A DNA stretch of 64,000 nt from Sminthopsis crassicaudata (taxonomy: Eukaryota): NCBI RefSeq assembly GCF_048593235.1, contig NC_133621.1, forward strand, positions 92,991,148-93,055,147, given 5' to 3'. The notes under the pieces are model-generated. The model saw nothing but the letters and a program-made list of their open reading frames with translations, was not told the origin of the DNA and did not search any database. The position numbers were made by a program, and so were the translations under genes. Positions 38,401 through 53,039 of the stretch are shown one piece after another. Each line of letters begins with the position of its first letter. Within the stretch, counting starts at the first letter, position 1.

Positions 38401-39867
38401 AGCTAGAAGGATAACACTTGGATGGGAGTCAGCTTGGTACAATGGAAAAAGTAGTATTCAACCAAGAAATACCAATGAACTTTATGTGATCTTGAGCAAG
38501 TTGCAACTTTTTTGGACCTCAGATTTCTTCATCTGTAAAATGTAGGTATTAAACCAGATTACTTTAAATGTCCCTTCCAATATTATGATTTTAGGACGCA
38601 AAGAGGTAAATCGAAATAAGGAGACATTTCTTAACAATTAGAACTATTTGAGAACACAATAAATTTCCTGAAGAAAATGAGTTCCTTTGTATTTGAAGGC
38701 ATTAGGCAAAGTTTGACCGACCTTTTGTCAGAAATGTTGCATTTTTTTTTAAATGTATGAGTTGGCATTCATGTTCAGCAAGGTCCCTTCCAAACCCCAA
38801 ATTATATAATGAACCACATTTTTGACTTAATTTTGATATAGAATGGTAGTGGACTCTGTCTAATATTTTGTTATAGTTTCTTAGCCAATAAAATTAATGA
38901 CATGAAATAAATTATGTTGTAAAATAAAAATACAATGTTTTAAAAAGTTACAAGAGAAAAATCAGAAAGAATGTATTTTTTTCTTTTTTCTTCAATCACC
39001 TTAGATTCCCCCGAGGAAATAGATAACTAAATTTAGGGACATTTGGCATGCAGAGTCTAGACTTCATTTAAAATAATAAGTAATTTAATTTTATGAGGGT
39101 TTTTGCCATCTCAGTTTGCATAAAAGAAAAGGCTTTTTTTGTAGAGAGGAATTTTTGGTTTGCTGAGCTTGCATTAATTTCTATTACATTAAGTAATGAA
39201 TCAATACTGCAAAGGAGACAAAATAATGAAAAATATGTTTACTACTTTTTAAATTTATGGTTAAGATGATGATGTATTTTTATAGATGATAATATATTTT
39301 TATGGCTTTTACATAGGGAAGGAATTGAGAGAAAAAAAAAGATTTCATTTGGATGCTATTTCAATGTACATTGACCAAATAAAAAAAGATGACTTCTAGA
39401 AAAAAAATGTCATAGCTAAGATATCCACTAAATATGCTGAGACCTTGTCTATATGATAATTGGTAGAAAAGTAAACATTTCAGTTAACTAATTAACACAC
39501 AGTTAAACAATTAATCATGTATTTGATCTGTAGCATTTTTGTTTTACAGATCAGAGAAAATTTAAGTGGTAAGGGATCTTAGTAGAATATCAAGCTTTCA
39601 TTTAACAGATAAGAAAACTGAAGCAAAAAAAAGCATAGTGATTTTCCCCGATAGTCACATAGACAGTTAGTAGTAGGACTGAAATGATTAGAATCTAGCT
39701 TTCTTGACTCTTTAAATTCAGGGTTCCTTTTCTATTATACTAGCTTGCCTACTGATTTTTTAAATTTATTTTTATTTACTTGATTAGCTAAATTCGTTCA
39801 TAGGATCATAGATGTGAACTTGAAGAAAGTTTTGTTTCATTCTATTTCATTTTATTATTTTATCTTT

Positions 39868-40150
39868 GAAATTGGGTCTTCCTACAATCCCCAGGCTGAA
39901 AGTATTAAGATCAGACTCACTCACCCTAAACTCATGGGCACAGAAATTTTGATCTACTCAATTTTCTTTCCAGAACTAGTCAGGTTCATCCTTCTTTATA
40001 CTCAAGGAAACCTAGTGGACTTCCATACCCAGGGATTAGCCCAAGTAGGCATCCCCACCAATTTCAGCTGCATTGCAGTTCAGCATCCCTGAAGTGGAGC
40101 TATCTACTAGCTTCAAATCCTCAGCACCAATGTCAACAATCATACCCAGT
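39868..40150 (-). pseudogene. 7SL (SRP RNA)-derived retrocopy / 7SL-derived SINE
   Basis: Follows the reverse complement of 7SL: GGGTCTT.CTA...CCCAGGCTG, GCACAGAAATTTTGATCTACTC, AGGTTCATCCTTC..AGGAAACCTAGTGG; T-rich tail at 39845-39867. Confidence 0.8.
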
Positions 40151-42614
40151 TAAAAGGAAAATAATTTTAGTATCCTGTAGAAATACCTAGATAAGATAAA
40201 TGAAAATGCAAAGAACAATTTCTGTGAGCTAAGTGAAGTACAATATAATGATGAAAATGGTAAAGGAATTTATTTATTGCTTCATATTTCCTTATTTTGT
40301 ATATATAGGGTCCAGAAAATTCCTTATCTTTTTCTTAAAACTGAATGTGAATGAATAGTTAACAAGTATAATGAATCATACTTCAATTCGTACCTAAAAT
40401 TTCAGAAGCCTTGTCTTAGCTTGTAATGTTTGTGCTCTGATTTTAAGTTTTTTTTAACCTTATTGAATTTACCTTGTCTCCCTCCTGTACATTATGTGTT
40501 GTAAAATCCCCTGTATTTTCAGTTATGAACAATGTTCATTTATATTTTATTGTCTATGCACCACATAGCAATCAAACAAATAATTAGCTTATTTGAATGG
40601 TCGATAGCTGTCCATGAGTTTGTAAATTGTATTTCATTGCTATGAATAATAGCCAAGGACTAGTTTTTCAAATGCATTTCCTATCTCAAGAGGAAAGCTG
40701 GAGTTGGCTAGGATGATTCTCCAATTTAAAACCGATAATATTAGGGAGTCCTCAATTCAAGGTGGACAAGAAGATTGCTGAATTCTTAGAGGTAAATTTG
40801 TGTGCTAGAAGTCATCCATTTTTATTAAAAAACAAAACAAAATAAAACAAAAAGGCTACATTTTCAACAACTATAGGTCTTGGCTCTTCCTCACACTTGA
40901 CAATCCATCTTCCTTCTCTGAACCCTTTGTACTAACTATTCCCCATGCGTGGAATGAATTCCTTTCTCACTTCAGCCTTTATGAATCTCTTATTTCTTTC
41001 ACCTTCAACTTGACCCATTTCATAAGGTCTTTCTTGATTAACCTAGCTGCTAGACTCTACTCCTTTGCCCTAAACTTCCTTGTTTTTAATTTGTATGAGA
41101 AAAACATGTGTATACATTTCCCCCACTTATATTATATTCTTTGTATATTGTTGTATTTTTTCAACTTCTACTCTTTTTAAAAGCATTGTATTTAAATACT
41201 TGGTGGTCTATAAGCATTTATTAAATGCCTACCATATGCCAGGCACTGAACTAAAGACTAGACATACAAGGAAAGGCTGTAACAACCAACCCTAAAAGAC
41301 TATTGTCACCTAATTTCCATCTAGAAATTAACTTTCTTCGTCTTTGCCCTTTCAACTTTGTGAAGAAGTGATTTGGAACTGAAGAAGAAACTTTAAATGA
41401 TTCTCCTAAACTATGAATTTATTTGAGGCTAAAAGTCTTGGCAGGTCTGTGGTTTCCTAAACAATTCAAATGAACAGGATAAATGCAAATAGACTACCTT
41501 GCTTAGCTAAAAAGAATCAGTAATTTTCTCCAAACCTGCACTCATTTCTTTTAAAAGGCTTCAGCAGAGATTCTTATATTCACATTGATCCAAAGTGGTG
41601 ACACATTTCCTTCCTAATGTAATTTTGAGAGGGTATACCATCCATAATTAATCTGAAGGTAAGTCATCTTGGGCACTAACTGGGTTTCCAGTTCAGCAAT
41701 ACTTGTACTTTGTCCTAGCCATTATAAAGGACAAGTTTCATATTTCCTTTGTGTTGAAATAGAAATTAATGACACCTCCTGAAAATGTGCTGCTCCCATG
41801 CAGTAATGTCTAATAACATGCTGATAATATACTCATGGCATGTTTTTGACTCTTCCTTCTGGTCCTGTAGTGTGAGCAGAAACAGCAGTAGCTCTCACCA
41901 GGAGACACTTAGATCAATATTTATGACTTAAGTCAGCAAAAATGGAAGCTGAGTAGGTGCCAGCCATTTAGGCTTATGGACTTGGGAGGGCTCAGCATGC
42001 CCTGAGAGTCAGTCTGATCTGGAGTCATCCAGACAGAACCCAGAATGGAAAAATGCTAGCAATTCACACAGAGTGTGTTAACAGCTCAGCTCCTCCTCAT
42101 CAATGGCCAGATTATTTCATTTAATGTTACTCATCAAGATTTTGATGAAAGCTTATTATCTGCCTTAGGCAGATACTCTCAGTCTTGAGAAGTATATGAT
42201 AATTGTCTTATAAGGTATTTTGAAGAGGTAAGCTATGAAACAACACAAAACAATATAATAATAATATTTAATATTTAAATGGTGCTTTAAGGTTTATAAT
42301 GGACTCCCCCCCCAATAGTCGTATAGGATAGGTAATACAAGTATTAGAATTTCCATTTCATGGATTAGAAAAATGAGATACATAGAGATTATGTGATTTC
42401 CAGGAGGTAAAGTCTATTAAAGATTTTGTCCTTGGTTTCCTAAACAATTCAACAACCCAAGTGTTTCTTGATTTATGTTGTCTTCCTTGGAAATCTCATG
42501 TACTTTCATGATTTCAACCATAACCTTAATAGAGATTTGTAGACTTAGCTGTGAACATCTCTGAAGCTCTAGATCAGTACCCAAACTAACTATGAAGGAC
42601 ATAAGGAAGATGTT

Positions 42615-42900
42615 ATTCAAAGAAAGAACCTATAAGTAGAAGGATATATAGAATGATCACACACACACACACACACACACACAATTGCATCTAATGGTAG
42701 CCATCTCTAGGGAAAAGGAGGGGGAAGGAAAGAAAAAAATAAATTTATATAATATCTTTATTATATATTTTAAAAAGTAACAAGTTGTACATAATAGATT
42801 GGCAATTTCATGTGCAGTCATTTAAAAATTTATACTGTATTATTTACATGCTTGTTTTCTTCCATAAACTTAAAATAAGATAAATTAAAAATTTAAAAAG
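42615..42900 (+). mobile_element. L1 3'UTR fragment, same family as 21125-21517
   Basis: Shared CAAGTTGTACAT..TAGATT.GCA.TTTCATGTGCA motif, internal dinucleotide repeat and A-rich end. Confidence 0.78.
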
Positions 42901-43376
42901 TATGAGATGTTCTACTCATCCCTCAAATCAAATTATGTAAATTCCAGCTTTTTCATCTGAAAACATGACCCTCTTTTTAGTTCACTATTTTTCTTAGTGA
43001 CACTGATACCCAAATCTTGGTTATCTGTGACTTTTCTTTCTGCTACATTTCTCATATCCAATTAATTCCCATCTTCTGTCAATTCAAACTCCCCCACATC
43101 TTTGACATCAGTTTCTCATATTCTTACTGTCATCTCACTAATATAGAGTCTCATTAGCACCCAGGTGAACTATTGTAATTGTCTTCTAGCAGGTCTTCAT
43201 GCCTTCATTGTTTTCCTCCTCCAGTTGATCCTTTATATCACTAGATTATAGATTATATCATTAGATATAGATACAGATATAATCCTATTCCTTCCTCATT
43301 CGAAACCTTCAACACTTCATTGGATACTATGTGAAGTTCCAAAACAGCTCGGCATTTGAAACCCTCTATAATATGA

Positions 43377-43605
43377 TGGCTATATGGCTAGGTGGATAAT
43401 GTCCTAGGCTTAAAAGTCAGGAAGACATCTTCCTGTATTCAAATCTGGCTTCAGAAACTTTATAATGATGTGACCCTGGGAAAAATCACTTAATTCTGTT
43501 TGTCACTTTCTTCATCTATAAAATGAACAGAGAAATAGATAGCAAACCATTTCAGTATCTTTGCCAATGAAGTCACAAAAAATTGGACATGACTGAACAA
43601 CAATA
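43377..43605 (+). mobile_element. MAR1-like CORE-SINE
   Basis: Core plus GCAAACCATTTCAGTATCTTTGCCAA...GACATGACTGAACAACAA. Confidence 0.85.
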
Positions 43606-44506
43606 ATCTGGGATCTCTATATTTATCTTATATTACTCCTGTCTATTCACTTGTCCATATTTACTCAAAATGCATTTTATATGATTTCCATATCCTCTTG
43701 CCCCTCTTCCTCAGAAAATTGTCTAATAAATTCTTCTTGATGGTTGATTGATTGATTGATACCCTACCTGCATTTGGAAGTAGGTTCAAAAAGAAACAGC
43801 TTAAGAATATTTGCCTAATTATGTGTAGGGCATTCCATATGTGGGTCTGTAATAAGTTAATATATAATGATGAAAAAGCAGTTTTTGAAATGCATGGCTG
43901 AGAAATGGTCATAAGTTTTTCACTTTTGAAAGGACTGACTATATGATCATAATATGTCATAAAATATATCAGACATTTAGTATGTCTCAACTATGCCAGG
44001 ATATAGATAGAACTGAAACAGTCTAGTTCACATTCTACTACATTGGAGTGGGATGTGGGATACAACATGTGCACAGCTAAGTAAAGAGGATGTCTCTATA
44101 AATTTAGAAAAAGTAATTTAAAGAACTAACGTCAGGTGCAAATCATCCTTCTAACAACTAACAATAGTCCTTAGATCTATTTATTGGTTTTTCCCTACTT
44201 CCAGTTTTTAGTGCTCACTATTCTATTATCCCAAATAATGCATAATCAAAAGTTAGGGTAAAAAGGGAAAAAAATATTATACTAATTAAAAAATGAAAAA
44301 AGCTATATGTTTTAAATTCACATTCTTCATTAGAACAATATTTACTAAGATCCTGTTATGAAAAAGCACTAGATGCTATATATGTCAAGAAATGTCATAG
44401 ACAATGATCTGCTACTGGGGGATGAGGGACAATCAACAATCATACACACACATACAAATTTAAATAGTAATCAATTGTATGGGATTAAGTGCTAAATGAA
44501 TAGTAT

Positions 44507-44508
<2 letters not shown>

Positions 44509-44547
<39 letters not shown>
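44509..44547. repeat. Poly(T) homopolymer
   Basis: About 39 consecutive T. Confidence 0.95.
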
Positions 44548-44551
<4 letters not shown>

Positions 44552-45379
44552 GAATTCAGCAGAGAGAGAGACCACAGAATTGGAGAAGACTTTATGGAGA
44601 AGTTGAGTCTTGAAGTTTGGAAAAGTCTATATTCAAAGAAAAGTTTTGGGATCAACCTCTCTTAGAATGGGAATAAAGGTGACAACTGATAATAGTCTAC
44701 TTGTGATTGTCCCTGACAATGAGCTAACTAAAGAAGTATGAAATTAATTCAGAGAAAGACACTAAGACAGAGTTAAATAACCCAGAACTAAGCAGCCCAT
44801 TACCTGCCAATGACTGATTTTCCCATTTTTTCCTTTAGTAACAAAATTTAAGGAAAGAGTAGAATAGCCTAACTGAAAGCTTTCCTCCCACCCCCCCCCC
44901 AAGATATAAACCTGTGATTCACTGAGAGTTTTTCTTTTTCTTTTTCTTTTTTTGTCATATCAAGATTGGTTCAGAAAGATCAAGAGCAGAAAAAATACTC
45001 CAAAGGAATGAACAGATGCGGAAAGTTCATATAGCCCAATCAGGTAAAAACCAATAAATATTTATCAAGTACCTCTGTATGACAGACACTGTGGTGATAA
45101 AATTTATAAAAAGACAGTTCCTGACCTCAAGGAGCTTACAATTTAAAGGAGAGACAACAGATAAAACAAAGCAGGGCTTGGGGCAAGGACATCAAGGGTT
45201 ATCCACTACAGAAGCATATTGTGTGCAGTTACAATGTGCAGTGAACTGGAGGTTCAGTTTGTGCCTCAAATAGTGTATTTGTTATATTTTATGCAACAAA
45301 ATTGTAAGATCTCTGAGGGCAGGTACTCTGCCTTACATCATAGTATCCTTAGCACAATATTCATGGCATAATAGGTATA

Positions 45380-45760
45380 TGATGGGGCAGTTAGGGGGTG
45401 CAGTAGATAGATATGAAGGAAGGCATTGGAAGAATTTAGTATTCTGCTCTCCAGACCTCCAATCAGAGGAGTGAGGTGGAGAGAGGTGGTATCCAAGGCT
45501 TGAGTTATCAGCATGGTGATGAGATTAGAAATAATCATCTTATTTTGGGGAGGATAAATCAGGCAAAATGCTCTGTGCAGGGAAGTTGGAAAGGCAGATT
45601 GACCCTGCCTTTAGTATAAACTGGAGTGCAAGAAAGGGAGGGAGATCAATGTGGCCTGGGGTAGTCAGAGAAGAGATGAGATTTGAACTGGACCTTGAAG
45701 GAAGAATAAAATTTGGATAAATGGAGATAACACATTCAAACAATACAAGTCTTTAAAATT
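45380..45760 (-). mobile_element. L2 LINE fragment
   Basis: Purine-rich, resembles the reverse complement of L2 (GGAGATCAATGTGG..TAGTCAGAGAAG..AGATTTGAACTGGACCTTGAAGGAAG). Confidence 0.6.
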
Positions 45761-47356
45761 TGAAATGTACTTTATGAGGCAGTCACTTCTATATTTGGAT
45801 AATTCTGATTGTTAGGGGGTTTTCCTTAAAACAAGTCCAAATCTGCTTCTTTGCAATTTCCAGTCAAGCAGAACAAATCTAATTCCTCTTCCACATGCTG
45901 CCCCTACAAGGACCTGAAGATAGCTGTCTGGAAATCTCTTTTTTTCCCCTTCTTGATTCCTTCCATTTCCTTATCTTGATCCTCATTTGACAAGGTCTCC
46001 ATTCTTCTTACCATCTTGTTTCTCTTCTTCTAGACCTGCTCTGATTTAACCAATGTCCTTCCTAATTAGTTGATTGGCTTTCATTTAGGAAGACTTGGGT
46101 TCAAGTCAAGTTTCTCCTAAGAAACACCAATGGAATCACAAGTTTAATCCGAGACATCAAACCAAAATAAATATATAAATAAATACAAACAAAAAACTAT
46201 ATAAATAAATAAACTATATAAAAATATGTATAAATAAACATAAACAAAAAACTTAAAGTCATGTTCCAGTTAGGCCACAACTGTGGTGTATTGAGTTTGA
46301 AGTCCACTGAAACATTCAGATATTTTTAAATGGAGTGTCTTTGAGCCATATTCCCTTTCATTTTGTATTTTTACAGTTGACTTTTGGAATCCAGCTAAAA
46401 CATTAAAAAAAAATCCCAATTCTATTAAATTCCACCTTTTTAGCCTGTCTGAATGTGTATCTATCTATTAGACCTTATCAATATATTAATCCCCCTTTCA
46501 GCTTTGTGTCATGTGTAGATATAATAAGTATTTCTTAATCCATGTCACTGATAAAAATCAAATCACCATTGGCTAAAAGAGAGATACTTGAGGGATGCAA
46601 CTAGAGATCTTCCTCTGAACTGATCATTAAAGACAATTTTTTGAATATACTCTTTCATCAGTTATATCTCTGACTCTGTTTTTGTTGGTCTTTTTTTCTC
46701 TGTGTGTGTCTCTCTCTATCACACACACAAACACATGCATATTTCTCCCACCTCATCTCTCTCTGTCTCAAGACCTACCTCTTTAATATTATCTCCTAAT
46801 ATCTTCATCATTCTCTGAAAATTACATGTACATTCCATTCTCCATATCTTTGTTCATAAGTATCTCCTGCCTGGAATATTTTTTCTTTCCAAAGCCCATC
46901 CAGCCCCTTTCATAAAGCCTTTTCACATTATCCCAGTCCTTGGTGCTCATCTTCTTCACTGTATTACTATATTGTTTCTTGTTAATTAACTATTTAGATT
47001 ACACCATATACTTAAAGAAGCAGCTGGTTGGAACAGTAAATAGAGTATTAGAAACCCTGTATTCAAATCATTCCTGAGACATTTCCTTGGTCATCTTGAG
47101 CAAGTTACTTAACTTTTTACAGCTTCATTTTCTGCACCTGTATAATGGGGGATAATAAATAGCACATATTTTGCAAGGTTGTTGGATAATCAAATAAGAT
47201 GACATAAGCAAAGCAGTTTGCTAGTAATTATTCATTTTAAAAGAGTGGATTTGTCATATTTTCCTCACCAAAACTATAGATTCTCTGAGAGCAGGTATTC
47301 TGTTTTATATTCTAGTATCCCCAGTACAATATTCTTTGCATAATAAGTATATAATG

Positions 47357-47597
47357 AGGCAACTAGGTGGTACAGTAGACAGAGCACGTGGAGTGAAATC
47401 AGGAATAACTGAGTTCAAATTTGACTTCAGATACTAGCTGTGTGATCCTGGGCATGCCACTTAACCCTATTTGTCTCAGTTTCCTCATCTGTAAAATGAG
47501 CTGGTGAAGGAAATGGCAAACCACTCCAGTATGTCTATCAAAAAAACCCTAGATGGGATTACAAAGAGTTGAATATGATTAAATAATAACAACAGCA
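47357..47597 (+). mobile_element. MAR1-like CORE-SINE
   Basis: Head, core and GAAGGAAATGGCAAACCACTCCAGTA tail. Confidence 0.88.
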
Positions 47598-47955
47598 AAT
47601 AATAGGTACTCTGTAAATGTTTATTGAAGATGATGATGATTCCTATTTCCAAGAAGCCTTTCATCTTGTTGGGAGTGGTGATTTAGATAAAAATATGTCA
47701 TATTTAATAATAAGTGCTTCCTTTACATCTCAGGAACCTAATATCATACATTTAGAGCTGAAAAAATAACCTTTTCTCTAGGATCTCTAGTGAAAAAACT
47801 TGACTTGTCCACTGTTAGGCAGTCAGAAAGTAGCAGAGCATACAATACCAAATCTACTACTCTTTCTCTTATACCACATGGCTCCTCATGGTAATCGAGA
47901 TATAACAAATACATGAATTAGAACTACTCCAATGGTTCTTATATGAATATGCTAA

Positions 47956-48207
47956 GAGCAATTAGATGGTGCAATGGACAGAAAGCCAGGCTTGGAGTCA
48001 GGAAGACTAATATTTCTGAGTCTAATCTGGCTTCACACATTTACTAGCTGCGTAACCTTGGGTAAATAACTTAACCCTATTTGCCTCAATTTTCCCATCA
48101 GTAAATGAGTTGGAGAAGGAAATGGCAAATCACTCCAGAATCTGCCAACAAAACCCCAAATGGGGTCACAGAGTCAGACATGACTGGAAAACAACTGAAA
48201 CAACAAT
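47956..48207 (+). mobile_element. MAR1-like CORE-SINE
   Basis: Tail GGAAATGGCAAATCACTCCAG...AACCCCAAATGGGGTCACAGAGTCAGACATGACTG. Confidence 0.88.
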
Positions 48208-49544
48208 CCTTTAGAATGCCTTTCTGATCCATTAGGCAGAGAAGATGATATAGCAAAATAGAAGCAGTACATTTTCCTTTGTGTTTAACCTTCTCATCCT
48301 TCTGCTCTACAGTCATGTATCTCTGAAAAGGTCCTTTATTTATGGCCAACCCTCTTAAGATAAATTCAAGGACCCAGGGCTTTCAGGGGAAGGACTCAAT
48401 ATGAAGGGGAAAATGTTTTCTTTATAGCAATGGCATTCATTCATTTAGTTGTTACTGTTATTTAGTATTGCATTTCCAGAGTGCTTTTAAATCATTTTAA
48501 TTAGTTGATATTAATATGCAAAAATGTTCCTTTGCAAACTGCTTGCTCTATATATTCTGCTGCTTAGGAATAGCTCATAATTATGAGGAGCCCATTTAAC
48601 TAAAAATTATAGGCCAAATACTAATAATTATCTAGCATATTGGTGAAGCACTTTATACTTTTCCAATCAAGTTTGTACCCATTGTTTAGTGAATTCTTAA
48701 ACCTAAAAGAAAATTGTCATCTTGGTTTGAATGATGGTAAAATAAGGATACAAAGAGATCCGGTAACATGAACAAGATCACACAGTCAATCATTGTTAAA
48801 GTTAGGGCCAGACTATAGTTTCTAGGTCCTACTTTTGTTCTCTATTATCACAATTATACTTTGAATTTGCAAATGAATTTGCAAAATTCATCTGCATAAA
48901 TATGATATCTCATGTTCGAAAACAACCTGCCTGCTAGTGACATACTTTACTTATCTATGAGAATGAACTGGTTTTTCACTGATGCAGATCATAATCCCTT
49001 GGCATCTTAGTTCAAGGTTGAACATGGTTCTGTTGCCAAGAAAAATTAGCACCTGGCTGCCAATCCTCTGATAAGATTCTTTCCCATTTGGTGGTATAAT
49101 GGATACAGCACTGGACATGAATCCAGGCAGATCTGAGTTCAAATCCAGATTTAGTCACTTACTAATTTTGTGACTCTGGGTCAGTCATCTGACCTAATTG
49201 TCTTCATTTCCTCAGCTGTAAACTAGGTTTCATAAAAACTCACATTCCCTATCCTTGTGCAAATAACAAAAATAATACTATTAATAATAATTATTAGGGC
49301 TACCTATGTGTCAGGTACTGTGCTAAGTCCTTACAATTATTATTTTAATTATGATCCTAACAACAATCTTGGGAGATAGTTGCTATTAATAAGCCCTTTA
49401 AGATCACATAGCTTTTAAATGCTAAAGCTATATTTGAACTCAAGTCTTCTTAACTCCAGGAGCATTTTGTTGCCCAAGAGAAGACAAAAATACTATTTGG
49501 AAACCACATTTTAAACCTGAAAATGCCATAGAAATCCTAGATGA

Positions 49545-49588
49545 TATCATCATCATCATCATCATCACCATCATCATCATCACCATCT
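49545..49588. repeat. (CAT)n microsatellite
   Basis: Direct reading. Confidence 0.93.
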
Positions 49589-51059
49589 TCAACTAACCAC
49601 AATGGTAGTTGGGCAAAAGACATAGAGTTCATCATTGAAGTCTATCCTCAAAATTTTTCTAAGTATGCTGTTAGCCTAGCCTTTGAAAACCCAAGGCTAT
49701 TTCCTTGACGATAATGAGACATATGGTCGATGTGGAGCAAACACACCAATTAAAATGATTTAAAAACACTTTGGAACTGTAACACTAAATAGCAGCAACA
49801 ACTCAATTAATTGGCAGCATCCTTGTCAATATGGGGAGGAATATTTTCTTTTATATTTTGTCTTCCCATTGAAAAACCCATGTCCTTGAAGTTTCTTTGA
49901 GAGGCTCCTATCAACAAAAAAAAGGGGCCCTCTCAGAGACATGAGCATAGAACAAGAGTATGGAGGGGAAGAAGGAGAAACTGCTACTTCTATTTCCCTG
50001 AATCATTTTTTTTGTCTAGTGGATCAAAGGAGAGTTCTATGAGATGTGAGAGAGTAAAGCCTACATATTTCAGTATTGCAAAAAATATAGCCATAAGGCT
50101 TATCATCTTATCATCTTACATATATTTGCAACTCTGTTCTAGAATCTCATTCTTTGTCTTCATGGATACTTCTGTCCTTCATCCTTTAGGACTTCTTCAG
50201 GCCTTTAGCTTTGCTCTGGACACACTTTTTTCTCTCCAAACTCAATCCCTTGGTGAATCTTATACTTTGCTCTATTCCTGAATGACTTGTTTTTCTTCTC
50301 CTGTTATTTTTTGTTTTTATTCTCTCCTTATGCCTTTTCCTCAAGTGGGACTTAATGGAACAAGAGAAAGTTATTAAATTGCACTAACTGGATCCACTAC
50401 AGATTCATAAATGTTGAATAAACATTAAGTGCTTACAATGTATGAAGCATTGTTTTAAGTGTTGGGACCACACATACAAAACCCAACCGGTCCCTGCCTT
50501 GAAGGAGTTTACATTCAAATAGGGAGATAGCATATATTGAGCATGATGTATGAGGGGGATGAAGTTTGAATTAAAAAATCACAAGGATGGCGAGTGAAAT
50601 CATGGGGAGGTAATGCTACACTTATTCTGGTTACAAAGATTGCATTTCTTTGATAATGTTATGATCTTAAATGGGCCTTCCCTACAGGAAGATAATCCAA
50701 GTCTTCCTCTTTATTGTTCTTTATTTCATTCACTACGATGGCTGTTCCAAACCTTCTTTTCTCAAGCTAGTTACAGAATTCCCTTTCCCCAGTGTTTCAA
50801 CTGAGAATCTCACTTCACTGATAAAAATGAATGGCATTCGTCTCAAGCTCTTTTGTCGTCCATTCTCCTCATCACACAACTTTTTGAAATTGTCCCCCTT
50901 CCTTTACCTGTATTTCCCACTTTACATTAGTTTTTGACAAAGTGATATTTTTTCTCTGCATCACAACCAATCCATTTATAAGAATCTCAGCAGATTTTAT
51001 CACCATCACTCCACTTTTTAAAAATTATATTCAATTTCTATCTACTGATCTCTTCTATG

Positions 51060-51410
51060 GAGATGCTCAAGTCTCCCTCATCCTTAAAAACTTGCTTTAG
51101 ACTCTATTGCCTTATAAGCTATTGTCTTATATCTTCTTGAAAGAATTATTCCATTCAATGAATCCACTTACTCACCTCTCATTCTCATCTAAATCCTTTG
51201 CAATCTGACTTTGACCTCATCATTTAACTGAAACTGCTCTATTCAAAGTGACCTGTGAAATTGTTGACCATTATGGCCTTTTCTCAGTCCTCATCCTTCT
51301 TGAGCTTTTTGGAACATATGATAAAACTGAGCATCTCCTCTCTCCATATTAGGATTTTGTGACAATGCTCGATTGATTCTCTGCTGATCTGATCACTTTT
51401 CAGTCTCCTT
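51060..51410 (+). mobile_element. L2 LINE reverse transcriptase fragment
   Basis: CCTTTGCAATCTGACTTTGACCTCATCATTTAACTGAAACTGCTC..AAAGTGACC matches the L2 'PLQSGFRPHHSTETAL.KVT' motif, followed by 'FSVLILLDLS'. Confidence 0.8.
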
Positions 51411-51744
51411 TATCCTTTGATAAATTATCATATATAATTTAGGGTCAAAAGGTCACATCTGTCAAAGCCACATCTATTTGGGCTTTGTCCTGTGGGTTGC
51501 TGAATGAAATCATAAAACTAACAATCTGGATTTGAAGCCAATAAGAATCCATTAGATTCACAACAAACATTTATTTTTTCTACCCCCACCCCATCTCAGG
51601 AGGAACCAGGGGAGTTTACAAAGAGTGTGGACTTTAATTTTCAACTTTTAGCTCAAATAGAAAGTGGCAGAGCCAGGATTCAAGTCCAGAATTTCTCTAA
51701 GTTCCTGAGAACTTTCTATTATGCTTTATTAAATTAATGTTTCT

Positions 51745-51967
51745 TTTTTTTAATTATAAATTTTTTGACAATATATATGCATGAGTAATTTTTTTATAAC
51801 ATTATCCCTTGTATTCGTTTTTCCAAATTATCCTCTCCCTCTCTCTATTCCCTCCCCTAGATGACAGGTAATCCCATACATTTTACATGTGTTGCAGTGT
51901 AACCTAGATACAATATATGTGTGTAAATCCAATTTTCTTGTTGCACGTTAAGTATTAGATTCCAAAG
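51745..51967 (-). mobile_element. Relatively young L1 3'UTR fragment
   Basis: T tail followed by the reverse complement of a marsupial L1 3' end (CCCTCCCCTAGATGACAGGTAATCCCATACAT...). Confidence 0.78.
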
Positions 51968-53039
51968 ATAGACAGTAGTGCTAATATAAATTAATGTTTC
52001 TATAACTACTGTGAAATTTCTTTTTTTCCTTAAATTTTTTTCTTTATTGATCGGTATTAAGAAAATACTGAAATATTTTAGAAATTCAAAATATAACTGT
52101 CTTCTCATAAAAGAGGAAATTATCATTTTATTTCTACTTTTGGTTTCATCTTTGAAAATCTTTGAAATCAGAGGTAATGGAGAGATAAATGTTCATTTCA
52201 TTGAAGAGGGTAATGATATTATTACAAGTGGAAGTTACTGAGACATAAATATGTAAGAGGCAATGGGTAATGAGTAATCTTTCTATTACTTTCTTAAAAG
52301 AGGACTGACCTCTAATTTTTAGACAATGACCTAATTTTCTTCTCTACCTTTATTCCAATAATGTTGAGCATCATTGGAACAACTTTTCATGTACTACAAA
52401 TTGAAGGCTTTTGGGCTAGATGATCTCTGAGTTCCTATGAGTGTGACAGTTTATGAGTCTTTCTCTTTCTCATTAAGGATAATCCTTGTACAGTACTTTG
52501 ATCACATTTCTTTGTCCCTCAAAGACCTTACTTCAGATATCCTCCCCTGTCTCTCATGAACTTTCAGCCTTTCATTTTCACTGAAGGCTTCATACTTGCC
52601 TTGGGTATCTACCCAGATTTCCCAATAATAAGCAAAGTATTTTACACAGAGACAAAAAGATGCGAGTTCAAATTCTGCCTCAGTTATTTACTAGATATGT
52701 GATTAAGTTACTTGAATTCTCATTTTCAATTTCTTCTGTAAAATAGGGATAATTTCATCTGCATTCTGGCTATCTTCTTCCTTCTTCTTATACCAGAACT
52801 CAAGACTTGGATTTCTTGGCTAGAGACTAGGCCATCATACCACTTCCTGGCCATTTCCAAGCCAGGGAGCCTCATGTATACCCTTTACTTCTAGTCCTAC
52901 ATTTGGTGAATTTTTCTCCATTTGAATGATAGTTCCTTGATGACAAGGTTTGTATTGCTTCCATTTGTATTCCCTATATTCAGCAGAATGACTGGCACAT
53001 TTTAGGTGTACAATAAATACTCTCCCATTCACTTATTCT

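Noticed and set aside
48861-48890. TGAATTTGCAAA tandem/palindromic motif
   Set aside because: Short AT-rich 12-bp duplication; an imperfect octamer match, expected by chance.
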